A stretch of DNA of 64,000 nt. Origin: a virus. Lineage: Duplodnaviria > Caudoviricetes. The notes under the pieces are model-generated. The model saw nothing but the letters and a program-made list of their open reading frames with translations. It was not told the DNA's origin and did not search any database. The stretch covers positions 1 through 64,000 of IMG/VR virus record IMGVR_UViG_3300033555_000001. One strand, given 5' to 3'. How positions within the stretch are numbered: the stretch's first letter is position 1; the number at the start of each line of letters is the position of its first letter. This document shows positions 37,422 to 48,408 of the stretch, piece by piece. A program made the translations under genes and the position numbers.

Positions 37422-39323
37422 TTAAAGCTTGTTGACAATAAGCCTACGATTTAACTTTTGTACTTCTTCAGTCAGCTCGGTTATTTGAAGCTGCTGAGCC
37501 TTGATTGCTTCAACAAACAACCCAGCTAAGTTACCGTACGCCAGCGCGAGCATGCCACCATTATCAGATACTGCTTCTGGTAGTACAGCTTGCACATCTT
37601 GCGCAATCAAACCTGTTCTGCGCTGGCCAGTTGCAATGTCAGTAAAGTTTACACCATTTAAACCTTGCACTTTAGCCAAGGCGTCTGGTATTGTTGAAAT
37701 ATCAGTTTTTAATCTGGAATCGGAAAAGGCGCTGATGTTACCGCCTGATGAAATGCTGCCATTTGCAGTAATGTTGCCGCCCGCATCAACACGAGCCACA
37801 ACACCGCTTGATCCATTACCAAAGAACGTGCCGTCTGTCCCGCCAAAGTAATTTAAAAATACGCCGGTTGCGCCTTCAGCAGAATCAAGGTGCAAGTTGT
37901 TTGCCGGTTTAGCTAATACTGCTGAAGTGTCAACTCTATTAAATGCTCCAATGTTACCGTCTATTACGCTTGTAAAAAGTGTTCCCTGCACCGAAGCATT
38001 GCTTTGCACTACAAGCGTTGGAGTTGTTACTTGACCGCTAAAGGTAGGACTTGCGAGCTTTGCATATCCCGCGGCATTACCTAACTGACTCAGGTCGGTT
38101 AAGTTACCCTGATCCCAAAGAGTTCTAAAAGCACCCCACACACCAGTGTTTCCAGTATTGTCGTTCACGCGGAACTTCAGGCCGTTTGGTGCGCCTTCCT
38201 CAAAGTTCCAATTCGCGGCGAGCTGCATTGCTCTGGCACCACCACCTGCACCACCCACAACGGTAAGGCCTACGTGAAATGCCCCAATGTCGCTAGAAGT
38301 AAACGAATCAAATCCGCTTATAGAGTTTATGTTGAACTGCGGTGGCGTCATTGACAGAGCGCCTGAGCTGCCCATGTCATAAAACAGAGCTGGCTTAGCG
38401 TGCGCGGTAAATCCACTTGCTGGAGAATTTGGAAACGTTTGCGTGGCAGTATTAAGTGCAACGATTCCGGTCCACGGCACGCTCAGCGCATTCTGCGCGG
38501 TAGTTGCAGTAGTTGCAGTAGTAGCGCTGTTTGCCGTGTTAGCAGTTGAAGCGTTACCAACGCTCAGCGTGGATTGATCTACGAATTTTGGTGCTGCGGC
38601 TCCCTGAGAAATAAGCACTTGGTTTGTTCCGCCAAGTACTGCACTAACTGACACGCCAGCGCCATAGAGCACTGCACCTGCGGCTGGCGGAATTACAGTT
38701 CCAAGCCCACCAAATTCAACCCGTAACGCGCCATTTAAAAAGTATGTTGGCAGATCTACGTATGAAGCACCATTTAGGCCGTCCAGTAAATCCGCATTTA
38801 GCCCGCTGCCAGCCCCGTCATTTTCAGCGGTCCAAACTTTGGCACCTCTAAAAGTCAGGCCAACAGCAGAAGCGCCATTTACAACAAGCGCTTGGGATAA
38901 GTTTAGCGTGCCGCCTGAGCCGGTCCATGAATCGCCGGTACCCATAGATATGATACCGTTAACGGCTTCGATTATTGACGGCTTATTAGTTCCACTGCCG
39001 TCTTGGTTACCAAGAAGTACTCGTTGTGCGCCCGCGGCCTGCGTGATTTTTAAGAATGATGGCACAGTAAGTGCGCCAGTCATTGTATCGCCGCTCTTTG
39101 AGACAAACAAATCAGGTGAAGTTGCCTGCACCCAGTCTTGAGTAGGTTGATAACCCAGAGCGCCAGTATTGGCGTCCTGAATAAAACCAAACATGTACAA
39201 GCCTTGTGAACCACCAGTTCCGCTGTCCGTCTTGAAAAACAGCGATCCGTCGGGGGTGGTATTAGTTGGCGGCAGCAGCGGACCGTACGAGATCATTGCG
39301 CTGCCGTTGAGGATTTTTGCCAT
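37422..39323 (-). CDS. Tail fibre with C-terminal peptidase S74 intramolecular chaperone
   Basis: SDSRLK.DI...GLIAQDVQ.VLPEAV...LAY...L.VEAIK followed by a coiled coil. Confidence 0.85.
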   Translation of the reverse strand: MAKILNGSAMISYGPLLPPTNTTPDGSLFFKTDSGTGGSQGLYMFGFIQDANTGALGYQPTQDWVQATSPDLFVSKSGDTMTGALTVPSFLKITQAAGAQRVLLGNQDGSGTNKPSIIEAVNGIISMGTGDSWTGSGGTLNLSQALVVNGASAVGLTFRGAKVWTAENDGAGSGLNADLLDGLNGASYVDLPTYFLNGALRVEFGGLGTVIPPAAGAVLYGAGVSVSAVLGGTNQVLISQGAAAPKFVDQSTLSVGNASTANTANSATTATTATTAQNALSVPWTGIVALNTATQTFPNSPASGFTAHAKPALFYDMGSSGALSMTPPQFNINSISGFDSFTSSDIGAFHVGLTVVGGAGGGARAMQLAANWNFEEGAPNGLKFRVNDNTGNTGVWGAFRTLWDQGNLTDLSQLGNAAGYAKLASPTFSGQVTTPTLVVQSNASVQGTLFTSVIDGNIGAFNRVDTSAVLAKPANNLHLDSAEGATGVFLNYFGGTDGTFFGNGSSGVVARVDAGGNITANGSISSGGNISAFSDSRLKTDISTIPDALAKVQGLNGVNFTDIATGQRRTGLIAQDVQAVLPEAVSDNGGMLALAYGNLAGLFVEAIKAQQLQITELTEEVQKLNRRLIVNKL

Positions 39324-39439
39324 TTATGCTCCAGAAGAACCGGGTTGTCGTAGATCTGCTATTTAGCCTGATCCTCGGCCTGTGGTAGTAGTACGCCACA
39401 AAAGTGTTAGAATTACTAATCACTAGTAAAGAGGAAAAT

Positions 39440-40429
39440 ATGGAACACCAACAAACTGGCGAGTTAAACAACGATTTCCGCACTTGCTTGTCTCATCTAA
39501 TGGAGAATGGGCTTACTGCAAATCCTCGCGGCACTGTTACTAAAGAGTTACTAAATTACAATATTTCTTTGCTGGACGCGCGAAATCGCGTTATTACATT
39601 TCCAGATCGCAAAACTAACCTAAAATACTTGCTTGGCGAATTTGTGTGGTATCTCACTGGAGCCAATACGGTTAATGGCATATTACCTTATTCAAAATTC
39701 TGGGCCAATATTACAAACTCAGGCGATTTTGAAGAGATTGGTTATGCAGCCGGAACTATTAATTCAAACTACGGTTACCGGTTATTTGGGCACGACGAGT
39801 TTTCGGACGTTCCAGGCAAGCGCGATGAGACTGGTACAATCCAGTGGTTGAGTCAGTGGGAGGCCGTTATTGATCTTCTCAGCCGGGATAAAGACAGTCG
39901 TCAGGCAATTTTAAATATTCACCGCCCAAGCGATCGCCATCCAGGAAACTCAGATGTGCCGTGCACACTGTCTCTGCAAGTGTTGATCCGCGAGAATAAG
40001 CTGCACATGATTACCAATATGCGCAGCAACGACATTGTGCTTGGATTCACAAATGACGTGTTTCAATTTACCATGCTGCAAGAGTGTTTGATGGTTCAGC
40101 TTAAAGATGTCTACCCGGAACTAGAGCTTGGCACGTATTTCCACAACGCTGGTTCCATGCATGCTTATGACCGGCACTTTGCAATGGCTGCAGCTATTAT
40201 TGCTGATGAAAATGCAGTCGAGAAATCCATGATTCCAATGGACGAATTTAACCTGGGTGTAGTTGAGAAACTAGCATTTATTGAGCAGTTATGGGTTCAC
40301 CACGGAATGCCTGCAGCTTTTGATTTCGCTCAAGTGCCATCTTTTAACGAGCTGTCTCCTTACTGGCAAAATTTAGTTAAGTTCTGTTTTTCCTCGGATC
40401 CTGCAGCAGAACTAGCAATCTTTAAGTAA
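39440..40429 (+). CDS. Thymidylate-synthase-fold enzyme, dCMP hydroxymethylase/hydroxylase type
   Basis: PCT...MRSND...GFTND matches the T4 gp42 pattern (FRND) rather than ThyA (PFN). Confidence 0.75.
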   Translation: MEHQQTGELNNDFRTCLSHLMENGLTANPRGTVTKELLNYNISLLDARNRVITFPDRKTNLKYLLGEFVWYLTGANTVNGILPYSKFWANITNSGDFEEIGYAAGTINSNYGYRLFGHDEFSDVPGKRDETGTIQWLSQWEAVIDLLSRDKDSRQAILNIHRPSDRHPGNSDVPCTLSLQVLIRENKLHMITNMRSNDIVLGFTNDVFQFTMLQECLMVQLKDVYPELELGTYFHNAGSMHAYDRHFAMAAAIIADENAVEKSMIPMDEFNLGVVEKLAFIEQLWVHHGMPAAFDFAQVPSFNELSPYWQNLVKFCFSSDPAAELAIFK

Positions 40430-40436
40430 GACTTAC

Positions 40437-42179
40437 ATGAAATATAAAGAACAAATAGAGGAAGCTTATAATTACCTTGGGTTCACCCCTAGAGGAAACC
40501 AATTAGCGGACATCAGCTTGATTTTAACTGGTTTTCTTGATGAAGGATTTAAGACTCAAATCTTGTCTGCACCAACTGGTACTGGCAAATCTATAATTGG
40601 CGCAATTACTGCAGAAGTTCTGCATAAAATTAGAGCTCCTGACGTACATCACGGGGCCTCTTTTTTACTTTCGCCAACTAACATATTGAGCGAGCAATAC
40701 CACAACACTTTTCAAAAAGGCCGTGATCCGCTTGACACCCGCTTCAGGATGCTAAAGGGCGCCAGTAATTTTACCTGTGCAGCGCTGTCAACCCCAGAGG
40801 AACCCCAAACAGCAGAGCATTGCGCAATCAGAATGTTTCAGAAAGCTGACATGCTGTCAGTCATTGCCGACAACTGTGACAGCTGCGAATTTGCCCTGCA
40901 AAAAAGAATGCGCGACAAGGCCAGGCATTTAATTACAAATTATAGCTACTACTTTGTTGACCGAATGTACTTGGAAATTCTGGCCAAGCGCACCGTCACC
41001 GTCTTTGACGAAGCGCACATGATCAACGATTTGTTCACAGAGCACAACGCAATTTATTTCAGCGATTCTAGACTCAAGAAAATGGTTGATGAAATTGGTG
41101 AGCACCTGTCTATTGGCCACCGCGGAATTTTTAAAATAATCAAAGAAATTAAAGAAGCCATGAACAATGGCGAGATTGAACAGCACACGTACATGAAGTA
41201 CTTGGGGCTGCTTGCAGATGTCTATGGTCAGGTAACTGAAGCCGCGCAACTTGAACTAGAACGGTGTAACCCACGCAACCAGACAAAATACATGGCTCTT
41301 AGCAAGCTATCAAAAAAGTATTTTGGCCTTGGTTGCAAGATCAGTGACTTAATGATCTATGACTACCCACATGCTTTTGAGTACAAAGAAAAAAATCCAA
41401 AAGAGAAATTCTCAGAGGATGAGGTTTCGGTTAAGCCAATTTTTGTTGGTGAGATGTTTGACAAGTTAATTAACGCTGAATTTAATTTGTTAATGAGCGC
41501 GACTCTCAGCGAGCAGTACGCCCGGCGCACAATGACCCTTGAAAATGCTAAACACATTAGGCTGGCCCCGTCGTTCCCGCGAGAGAATAAAAAAGTTGTG
41601 TTCTATAAGCCTCAAAATTTAAACCAGACAACGCTTAAAACTCCGGTCACAATCAAAGCGCTGCAATCGGCAGCGTATGAAATCGCAGCGCATCACTCTG
41701 AGTTGGGCCACCGGGGCGTTGTGCTTGCGCCTAGCTTTGCTCTTACTGGAGATATAGCCGCGGCGCTTGAGGCCCGCGGTCTTAAAGCCAGAATTTACGA
41801 GCATCAGCGAGGTGAAAAGCTAGCAGAGGTGCTTGGTAGATTTACTCGTCACGCTGATGGCCCCGCAATTCTTCTTACGCCATCGGGCTTTGAGGGGCTA
41901 GACTTGGTCGGCGATTTAAGCCGGTATCAAATTATTTTGAAGGCGCCGTTTGGCTCTCTAGGCGAGGCGCGCATGAAAAAGATTTTGGCGGTTTGGCCGG
42001 ACATTTATTCTCTGATGACATTATCAAAATTAGTACAGGGTGCCGGAAGATCAGTTAGATCAGCAGAAGATTTTGCTACTACGTACATGTTAGACTCGAA
42101 TATTCAGAGGCTGTGGACTTCAAAACAAAACGAGTGGAGCAACGAGTTTCAGACCAGTTTTTCCAGCATTCTGTCATAA
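40437..42179 (+). CDS. DinG/Rad3-like SF2 helicase
   Basis: APTGTGKS, DEAH, EGLDL, QGAGRSVRS.ED. Confidence 0.85.
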   Translation: MKYKEQIEEAYNYLGFTPRGNQLADISLILTGFLDEGFKTQILSAPTGTGKSIIGAITAEVLHKIRAPDVHHGASFLLSPTNILSEQYHNTFQKGRDPLDTRFRMLKGASNFTCAALSTPEEPQTAEHCAIRMFQKADMLSVIADNCDSCEFALQKRMRDKARHLITNYSYYFVDRMYLEILAKRTVTVFDEAHMINDLFTEHNAIYFSDSRLKKMVDEIGEHLSIGHRGIFKIIKEIKEAMNNGEIEQHTYMKYLGLLADVYGQVTEAAQLELERCNPRNQTKYMALSKLSKKYFGLGCKISDLMIYDYPHAFEYKEKNPKEKFSEDEVSVKPIFVGEMFDKLINAEFNLLMSATLSEQYARRTMTLENAKHIRLAPSFPRENKKVVFYKPQNLNQTTLKTPVTIKALQSAAYEIAAHHSELGHRGVVLAPSFALTGDIAAALEARGLKARIYEHQRGEKLAEVLGRFTRHADGPAILLTPSGFEGLDLVGDLSRYQIILKAPFGSLGEARMKKILAVWPDIYSLMTLSKLVQGAGRSVRSAEDFATTYMLDSNIQRLWTSKQNEWSNEFQTSFSSILS

Positions 42180-42227
42180 CCTGAAGCAGCAAGACTATAA
42201 CTTTTAAATTCTGTATAGAATAGAGCT

Positions 42228-43463
42228 ATGAGCGATGACATAGATGACATGATGGCTGAATTAGACCGCGGCTTTTTAAGAGGGCTGTCGCTAGGTAGGG
42301 CGCCAGGTGGTGGCTTTACCGCTAAGAAGCGGCGCCGAAGAATTAAAGCTGAAGACAAGCGTAGGCAACTAGCCCGCCGGTACAAATCAAAAAAATTACT
42401 TGACCCAATAGAAATGAGGAACCATATGGAAGACGCGCCACTCCGGACCAAAGAAGCTCAAGAGACAAGCGGTGTTATTTTTGGTGCCTACAGTACCGAC
42501 GAGTGGGTATCTAGTACTCACCTGCGCACATCAATTGAAGCTGGTAAAAATACTCTTGCTATGGAAGGCACGTGGGTAACTCCAGCGGGCTGGAAATTGA
42601 GTGAGTGGGTCATGCAAATTAGTGATCGTTATAATTTTGTTTCAATGAACCGAGCGCTTGTCTTTATGCCATGGGGCATGATTGAAGCCAGTGTGAGCCG
42701 CGGCAAATTAGAGCTTGAACTAAACGGCACTCCAGAAAATGTTTTGGCGTTTATCAAAGCGCTGGACGACAGAACTACCACAGCACTAAAGCGAGCTGAG
42801 AATTTAATTGAGTGGGTTTACAGCGCCAGAGGTGATTCTATTTCAGTGCCACTGAACTACCGCCCCGCAATTAATGGTGCCTATCCATGGCTGCCAAAAG
42901 ATCTAGACAGCTATATTGATGACTACCTTAATTCACAGGCCAGCGTACTTATTCTGATTGGCAAGCCTGGAACCGGTAAGACTACATTCATCAAAAACCT
43001 GATTCACCGCAGCGGTGGTGATGCAAAAGTAACCTATGATGAAGCGGTAATGTCCGGTGATTCGTTGTTTGCTGGCTTTATTGAATCAGAAGACCGCTTT
43101 ATGATCATGGAAGATGCTGACATGTTCTTGAAGAGCCGTGAAGATGGGAACAGCATGATGCACCGGTTCTTGAACGTGAGTGACGGCCTGATTTCGGCGC
43201 AGGATAAAAAGCTCGTATTCAGTACGAACCTGCCAAGCGTGCGCGATATTGATTCTGCACTGATGCGACCAGGCCGCTGTTTTGACGTGGTGGAGTTCCG
43301 CCCTCTCACTCGTGTTGAAGCACAAGTAGTAGCCTCTGAAATGTCGGTTGAGCTGCCTGATGGAAATGAGTTCACTCTTGCCGAAATATTTAATGTGCAG
43401 CCAAGTGGTGACGTTAACAGCAACGCCCGCACCGTAAAACGTAAGATTGGGTTTGCCTCATGA
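42228..43463 (+). CDS. AAA+ ATPase
   Basis: GKPGTGKT, MEDAD, STN, ALMRPGRCFD; alternative start at 42426. Confidence 0.85.
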   Translation: MSDDIDDMMAELDRGFLRGLSLGRAPGGGFTAKKRRRRIKAEDKRRQLARRYKSKKLLDPIEMRNHMEDAPLRTKEAQETSGVIFGAYSTDEWVSSTHLRTSIEAGKNTLAMEGTWVTPAGWKLSEWVMQISDRYNFVSMNRALVFMPWGMIEASVSRGKLELELNGTPENVLAFIKALDDRTTTALKRAENLIEWVYSARGDSISVPLNYRPAINGAYPWLPKDLDSYIDDYLNSQASVLILIGKPGTGKTTFIKNLIHRSGGDAKVTYDEAVMSGDSLFAGFIESEDRFMIMEDADMFLKSREDGNSMMHRFLNVSDGLISAQDKKLVFSTNLPSVRDIDSALMRPGRCFDVVEFRPLTRVEAQVVASEMSVELPDGNEFTLAEIFNVQPSGDVNSNARTVKRKIGFAS

Positions 43464-43756
43464 TTATTTCATCGCGCCCTGATGAATCATTTTCAGCGCA
43501 CGCTGATTTTACTCAGGCAGAACTTGAGCTTATGACCGTGCTGTTGTATAATGTAAAGCTCGGCAATGGTTTTACTGAATGGAGAGACGCTGCTTTTACG
43601 CTGATTAACAAATTAGACGATATGGCGTTTTACAAATATCAAAATATGGATTTTGCTGCCGATGCGGTTGCAAAGATAAACATGGAGATTCACTTGCTTG
43701 ATTCCCGTGGTCGTGCTGCAGGAATCTTAAATGAAGATTACGAAATAGTCGTTTAA
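43460..43756 (+). CDS. Hypothetical protein
   Basis: ATGA overlap with the upstream gene. Confidence 0.55.
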   Translation: MIISSRPDESFSAHADFTQAELELMTVLLYNVKLGNGFTEWRDAAFTLINKLDDMAFYKYQNMDFAADAVAKINMEIHLLDSRGRAAGILNEDYEIVV

Positions 43757-43765
43757 GGAGCTAGT

Positions 43766-44299
43766 GTGGTTAAAAATTTAATGATTGAGGGGCTTGATCG
43801 TCTCGGTAAAGATACGCTTATTGAGGGCATTCAAAGTCTATTAGGTTACCATCAGGTACTGCATTACTCAAAGCCAATGGCTCTCAAGAAGTATCTTAAT
43901 GACCTGCAAATGTATCAACGAGTCTCGTTTACCGTGATGTTTGATTTGCTAAACAGTTATCACCGGATAATTTGTAATCGAGCGCACTTGGGCGAGTGCG
44001 TATATGCTCCTCTGTACCGAGGGTACGACGGAAACTACGTGTTTGACATTGAGGACAAGTTTGACACTAGCAATACTCGGCTAATTTTGCTGACCGAAGA
44101 TTTTAAAATTGCTCGACACTTTGTTGACGACGGCCTGTCACTTGGCGCAATTGAGAATCGCGAGCGCGAGCAAAATATGTTTATTGAGGCATTTGAAAAA
44201 TCAACCATTGAAGATAAGAGAATTATCTGTGTTACTGACGAGAAGCTGGGCGGTTTTAAACCAAAGCACAGGGTGCTTGAACTAGCGCTTGCCGCATGA
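43766..44299 (+). CDS. dNMP (thymidylate-type) kinase
   Basis: IEGLDRLGKDT P-loop; NRAHLGECVY..LYRGY. Confidence 0.75.
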   Translation: MVKNLMIEGLDRLGKDTLIEGIQSLLGYHQVLHYSKPMALKKYLNDLQMYQRVSFTVMFDLLNSYHRIICNRAHLGECVYAPLYRGYDGNYVFDIEDKFDTSNTRLILLTEDFKIARHFVDDGLSLGAIENREREQNMFIEAFEKSTIEDKRIICVTDEKLGGFKPKHRVLELALAA

Positions 44300-44934
44300 G
44301 ACTGGTCCTGACGAGTGATACTCATTCACCCGTCAGGCCAGGTGACATTCCAGATGGTGACGTATTTGTACATGCTGGCGATTTGCTGCGCACCGGTTAT
44401 GTTACTGAATGGCCCGCTGCGCTGGACTGGTTAGCCGCACTTCCTCATAAGATTAAACTGTTTGTGCCTGGCAATCATGACTTTCACCTTCAAGTCTATC
44501 CTGGCCCAGCGCTGCAGGATTTACGGCGAGCAGGTGTGGTTGTGGTTGGCTTGCCAAATAACCCTCATTATGAAACTTACTTGTTGCCTAACAAGATGTC
44601 GTTACTAGGCCTGCCGTACGTGACCGGACTTCCACGGTGGGCTTTTAACACTACGGAAGTAGAGCTCTGTGCATACCTTAAACGGGTTGGCAGGCATGAC
44701 GTAGTCATCAGTCACGCGCCGGTATATGGAATATTAGATCAGGTTAGTACTGTTAACTCCGGCATCACTGCGTACCGATCATATCTCCTTGAACACACAC
44801 CACTGTTGTGGGTGCACGGCCATATTCACGAGTGCTATGGATCTGCGCTTGTTGAGGGCTGCCAATTTTATAATGTTGCCATGTGCAACAGAAAGTATGA
44901 ACATGCTAATGCACCAGTAATTGTAGATCTCTAA
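44296..44934 (+). CDS. Calcineurin-like metallophosphoesterase
   Basis: SDTH, HAGD, PGNHD, ISHAP, HGHIH. Confidence 0.9.
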   Translation: MRLVLTSDTHSPVRPGDIPDGDVFVHAGDLLRTGYVTEWPAALDWLAALPHKIKLFVPGNHDFHLQVYPGPALQDLRRAGVVVVGLPNNPHYETYLLPNKMSLLGLPYVTGLPRWAFNTTEVELCAYLKRVGRHDVVISHAPVYGILDQVSTVNSGITAYRSYLLEHTPLLWVHGHIHECYGSALVEGCQFYNVAMCNRKYEHANAPVIVDL

Positions 44935-45066
44935 TCGGTCAGAGATTTGTTACGTGTGATCCCATAAATTGTGAACTATTCTTTTGTTGCTGACAGTATA
45001 ATGGTGTTGACATTGTAAATTGTTAAAAAATGTAACATTTAATTATAAAAAGAAAAGGGAGTCACA

Positions 45067-45267
45067 ATGAGTACCGAACACCCAGCTTTTCAGATCTCGG
45101 CAGCACAAATTATAGCAAACAGATATTACGCACTTCTTGCCGTGCACGGACCAGCCATTGCGCTATTGCTGCAGTGCAAAGAGGCGCACATTGGCATCTT
45201 GCTAGACCAGCTAGCAGCTCAGAAAAACTGTGAACATTCCTGTATAAACAACAAAGACCATCAATAA
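45067..45267 (+). CDS. Hypothetical protein
   Basis: GGGAG RBS. Confidence 0.45.
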   Translation: MSTEHPAFQISAAQIIANRYYALLAVHGPAIALLLQCKEAHIGILLDQLAAQKNCEHSCINNKDHQ

Positions 45268-45314
45268 ACGCACCTTGCCCTGCCGATAACAAGTGGTTAA
45301 TTAAAAATAATAAT

Positions 45315-45572
45315 ATGGGAAAGATCATGCGACAATTTAGAAGAATCACTGATTTAATCAGGACTAATTTATTTCGTTTAGCTGGTTCATCCATTGGCGG
45401 CTGTACATACCTGGTACGGGCCAACCCCTGCTCATGCACGCAAAAGGCGTGTATCTGTAACCCATGGCATATTCTAACTCCTGAAAAAGACGTTCTTGTT
45501 ACGTGCATGGACAAAAAAGACGCTGAAGAAATCGCAGAAACAATGAACCTGAAACGGCGCAAAAACGATTGA
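45315..45572 (+). CDS. Hypothetical protein
   Basis: 85 aa with a Cys-rich centre. Confidence 0.45.
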   Translation: MGKIMRQFRRITDLIRTNLFRLAGSSIGGCTYLVRANPCSCTQKACICNPWHILTPEKDVLVTCMDKKDAEEIAETMNLKRRKND

Positions 45573-45651
45573 TCTACCCAGGATTGGTCCGACCGGTATT
45601 TTTAACCGGTGTATGATCTCTCTATCAGAAAATATTTAAGCAAGGAATACA

Positions 45652-46803
45652 ATGAAGATTGCCGTTATTAAACTTGGTGCCAGAATTACTTGGGAAACAG
45701 ACGCAGCGGTCGGGCCGGGCGAGGCAATCTCCATCTGTAAAGCTCTTACACTGGGTGGTGCAGAAGTTCACGTGTTTACTAAGCTCCTGACAAAAGACAC
45801 GCTTGACCCAAGTTTAGTGTGGCACAACTTGCTAGATGATACCGACACTGGCGCACTTGATGCTCTACTCATAATTAACGGCAATGTTAATTTTTTTGGA
45901 GGCCAAGAAGACGAGGCGCAAATTCTAAACTACAAAATTATCAATCAGTTCGCTGGTACTGTAGTGTACGTGATGTGCGACCCCGAACTGCCGCTGTGTC
46001 AGATCTGGGACAGCGTAAGTAAAAAGCCGTGGGGCTCAAAGTACAATGAAGCCGATGTTAACATTACGCGTTTAGATATTAACGTGCTGTCACAACCCTT
46101 TTCGGTACCCAAGGTGCTGGGTCGCTGGACAAATAAAAAGGGTACTGCACCCGTTGCCCGGCTGTTTCACTTTCCAATGGAGAGATTTCCACTGTTGAAC
46201 GAGTGGTTAGATCCTAAGCCAGCACCAGAGATTGATCTGCTATATGGTGGTACTACGCGCGGTGGGCGCCGAGTTCCTAATTTGTTTAAGTGGTACTACG
46301 GCATGCCAGAGTCTATCAAAACCGAAATTTTTGGTTCTATTGATCATGATGATTTTGTAAAGCATACGAAAATTAATCAGGATTTGCTGGCAAGTACTCG
46401 TGCACCAGATTTTACTGGCATGGTGAAATACCGGCATGTGCTGCCAAAAATGAATAATTCACTGGCTCACCTGGTAACCGGCGATCCGTCCTATGAAGAA
46501 CTAGACATAATTCCACAGCGCACGTATGAGTGCATTGCTGCGGGTAACGTGGTTTTTGTTGATGCGGCAATGGACATCAGCCGGCGAATTTACCCTGCTG
46601 GCGACGAAATGGCAGAATTTTTATATGTTAACACGCGGGCTGAGCTGATTGATAGAATTACAGCATTAAAAGAAGACAGCTCTGTACGGCAGTACGTATT
46701 AGATTATCAAAAAAGTGCTACAAATTTTAACGCCGTAAATTTCTGCACATCACTAGTGCAGAAAATAAAATCACTAGAAACTTATCCCTGGTGCCGAAAA
46801 TAA
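45652..46803 (+). CDS. bgt: T4 beta-glucosyltransferase-like DNA glycosyltransferase
   Basis: Colinear with T4 BGT: MKIA.I..G, NFFGG, D..LP..Q.W..V..KPW, D.LYGG..R.G.R, YVN.RAELIDR. Confidence 0.8.
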   Translation: MKIAVIKLGARITWETDAAVGPGEAISICKALTLGGAEVHVFTKLLTKDTLDPSLVWHNLLDDTDTGALDALLIINGNVNFFGGQEDEAQILNYKIINQFAGTVVYVMCDPELPLCQIWDSVSKKPWGSKYNEADVNITRLDINVLSQPFSVPKVLGRWTNKKGTAPVARLFHFPMERFPLLNEWLDPKPAPEIDLLYGGTTRGGRRVPNLFKWYYGMPESIKTEIFGSIDHDDFVKHTKINQDLLASTRAPDFTGMVKYRHVLPKMNNSLAHLVTGDPSYEELDIIPQRTYECIAAGNVVFVDAAMDISRRIYPAGDEMAEFLYVNTRAELIDRITALKEDSSVRQYVLDYQKSATNFNAVNFCTSLVQKIKSLETYPWCRK

Positions 46804-46822
46804 AATTACTAGGAACCACAAA

Positions 46823-46981
46823 ATGAATAGCCTGGACGGTTGGTTTGCATTTGCACTTTTACTACTTGTTTTTGTTTGCTATTTTTCGCTAAGCGGTCTA
46901 ATGATACCGCACGCTGGGCTGATCACACTTGGCTATGCTGTAGTAATGGCAGTGCTCACATTTGCTAAGCATAAAAAATAA
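46823..46981 (+). CDS. Small membrane protein (52 aa)
   Basis: AGGA RBS, two hydrophobic helices. Confidence 0.5.
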   Translation: MNSLDGWFAFALLLLVFVCYFSLSGLMIPHAGLITLGYAVVMAVLTFAKHKK

Positions 46982-46990
46982 CGGCACACA

Positions 46991-47470
46991 ATGAGCACCA
47001 TGTTTACACGGCTGTCTGAAAGCGACCAAGCCGCGCTTCATCAGCGCGTGCTGTATCGACAAATTAAATTTTTAAATCCGGTGATGCGCTGTGATCGACA
47101 AATTTTGCTTGTTGGTGATCGTCCGGCGCCGGATGCACCGCTTGATCCTGATTTTCACTTTACCCCATTTGGCGCACTGCGACATTCCTCGCTGTACTTG
47201 AATTTAAAACTTCACAGCGCAGGCATTCAAGAGGAGCGTCTCTCCTGGGTAAATTCGCGGGATGCCTGGGGAGAATATAGTTCGCACAGCGTGTTGCTCC
47301 AGCCTTGGATCTTGATCATAGCGCTGGGTGGCGCTGCAGAGCAGTGGCTCAAGCGGTCGGTTTGCCGCAGTCCAATTATCCGAGTTCCTCACCCAGCCGC
47401 GTGGAAACGGTTTCACGCCTCAGAAGAGTACCAGTTAATCCCGGAGCTTGTCAGAGCTCTTGGTGTCTGA
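46991..47470 (+). CDS. Uracil-DNA-glycosylase-fold protein
   Basis: LLVGDRP, IIALG..A..WL, PHPA motifs. Confidence 0.5.
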   Translation: MSTMFTRLSESDQAALHQRVLYRQIKFLNPVMRCDRQILLVGDRPAPDAPLDPDFHFTPFGALRHSSLYLNLKLHSAGIQEERLSWVNSRDAWGEYSSHSVLLQPWILIIALGGAAEQWLKRSVCRSPIIRVPHPAAWKRFHASEEYQLIPELVRALGV

Positions 47471-47517
47471 ACCCTATTTCAGGATTCGTACGAACTTAAA
47501 AAGTTTAGAATATAAAA

Positions 47518-47688
47518 ATGAAAAAGCTAAAGTTAATTCTGTTTTGGGTAACGTTTCCAATCGCGGTACCAGTTATGTACGCGGTCGGCGTTTTTGCGGA
47601 CCTGGTAGGTACTAGGGCTCAGGACGCGGCAGAGATTTTCTTTGAGCATATGTCTGATTTTGAAGAATGGTGTTTTGATAAAGAATAA
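47518..47688 (+). CDS. Small membrane protein (56 aa)
   Basis: N-terminal hydrophobic stretch; not in the track. Confidence 0.45.
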   Translation: MKKLKLILFWVTFPIAVPVMYAVGVFADLVGTRAQDAAEIFFEHMSDFEEWCFDKE

Positions 47689-47722
47689 CTGCGCACTAAG
47701 TTAGCACAACACGAGAAAGATT

Positions 47723-48388
47723 ATGCTTAAATTTGATCACCCAACGCTTGTAACCTTAACCGCCCCAACGTGTGCAGGAAAGAATTTTTTACTTGACGCT
47801 CTCGCGGAAAATTTTGGTTTTTCGAGAATCGTCAGCACCACTGATCGTGCAGCTCGCATGGGCGAGATTGAAGGCGTGCACTACAATTTTATCAGCACTG
47901 AAAAATCTCTAGCAATGGAGAGAGATAATTTGTTTGCAGAACTTGTTACGTACAACGGCACGCGGTACGGAGTGACCCATGTAGAGATGGCAAATAAAGT
48001 ACAGGCTGGTTTACCGCCGCCAATTGTAATTCTCGAGCCACAGGGGCTGCAGATTTATAAGAAGTACTGCATGCAGCAAGGTTGGCAACTCTTCAGCGCG
48101 TTTATCAATACGCCTGAAAAGATCCGGCTCAGTAGATTAGTTCAACGAACAACAGATGATATTTGTACTGCAGTAGACAGCCTAGAATCAGATATTCTGG
48201 CCGCATCTATTGCTAAAATAATTGCCGTGAACAACGCGCGGCTGACGTCAGTAATTGAGAATGAACGGATGTGGTTGCACGCAAGCGACTGGCACGCAAT
48301 TGTTTCCGGTACTGACATTAAAGAGGCACTAAACACAGTGCAATTAGGTGTTGCAAATCGTAAGCTTAAAAACGGCGTATATCAATAA
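47723..48388 (+). CDS. Guanylate-kinase-like protein
   Basis: APTCAGK, STTDR..R.GE.EG.HYNF, Y.G..YG. Confidence 0.8.
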   Translation: MLKFDHPTLVTLTAPTCAGKNFLLDALAENFGFSRIVSTTDRAARMGEIEGVHYNFISTEKSLAMERDNLFAELVTYNGTRYGVTHVEMANKVQAGLPPPIVILEPQGLQIYKKYCMQQGWQLFSAFINTPEKIRLSRLVQRTTDDICTAVDSLESDILAASIAKIIAVNNARLTSVIENERMWLHASDWHAIVSGTDIKEALNTVQLGVANRKLKNGVYQ

Positions 48389-48408
48389 CTTTACTAATAG
48401 GAAATAAA

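Noticed and set aside
39440-40429. Ordinary thymidylate synthase (thyA)
   Set aside because: The specificity position is Asp (GFTND) as in dCMP-modifying enzymes, so thyA was not assigned despite DHFR being present.
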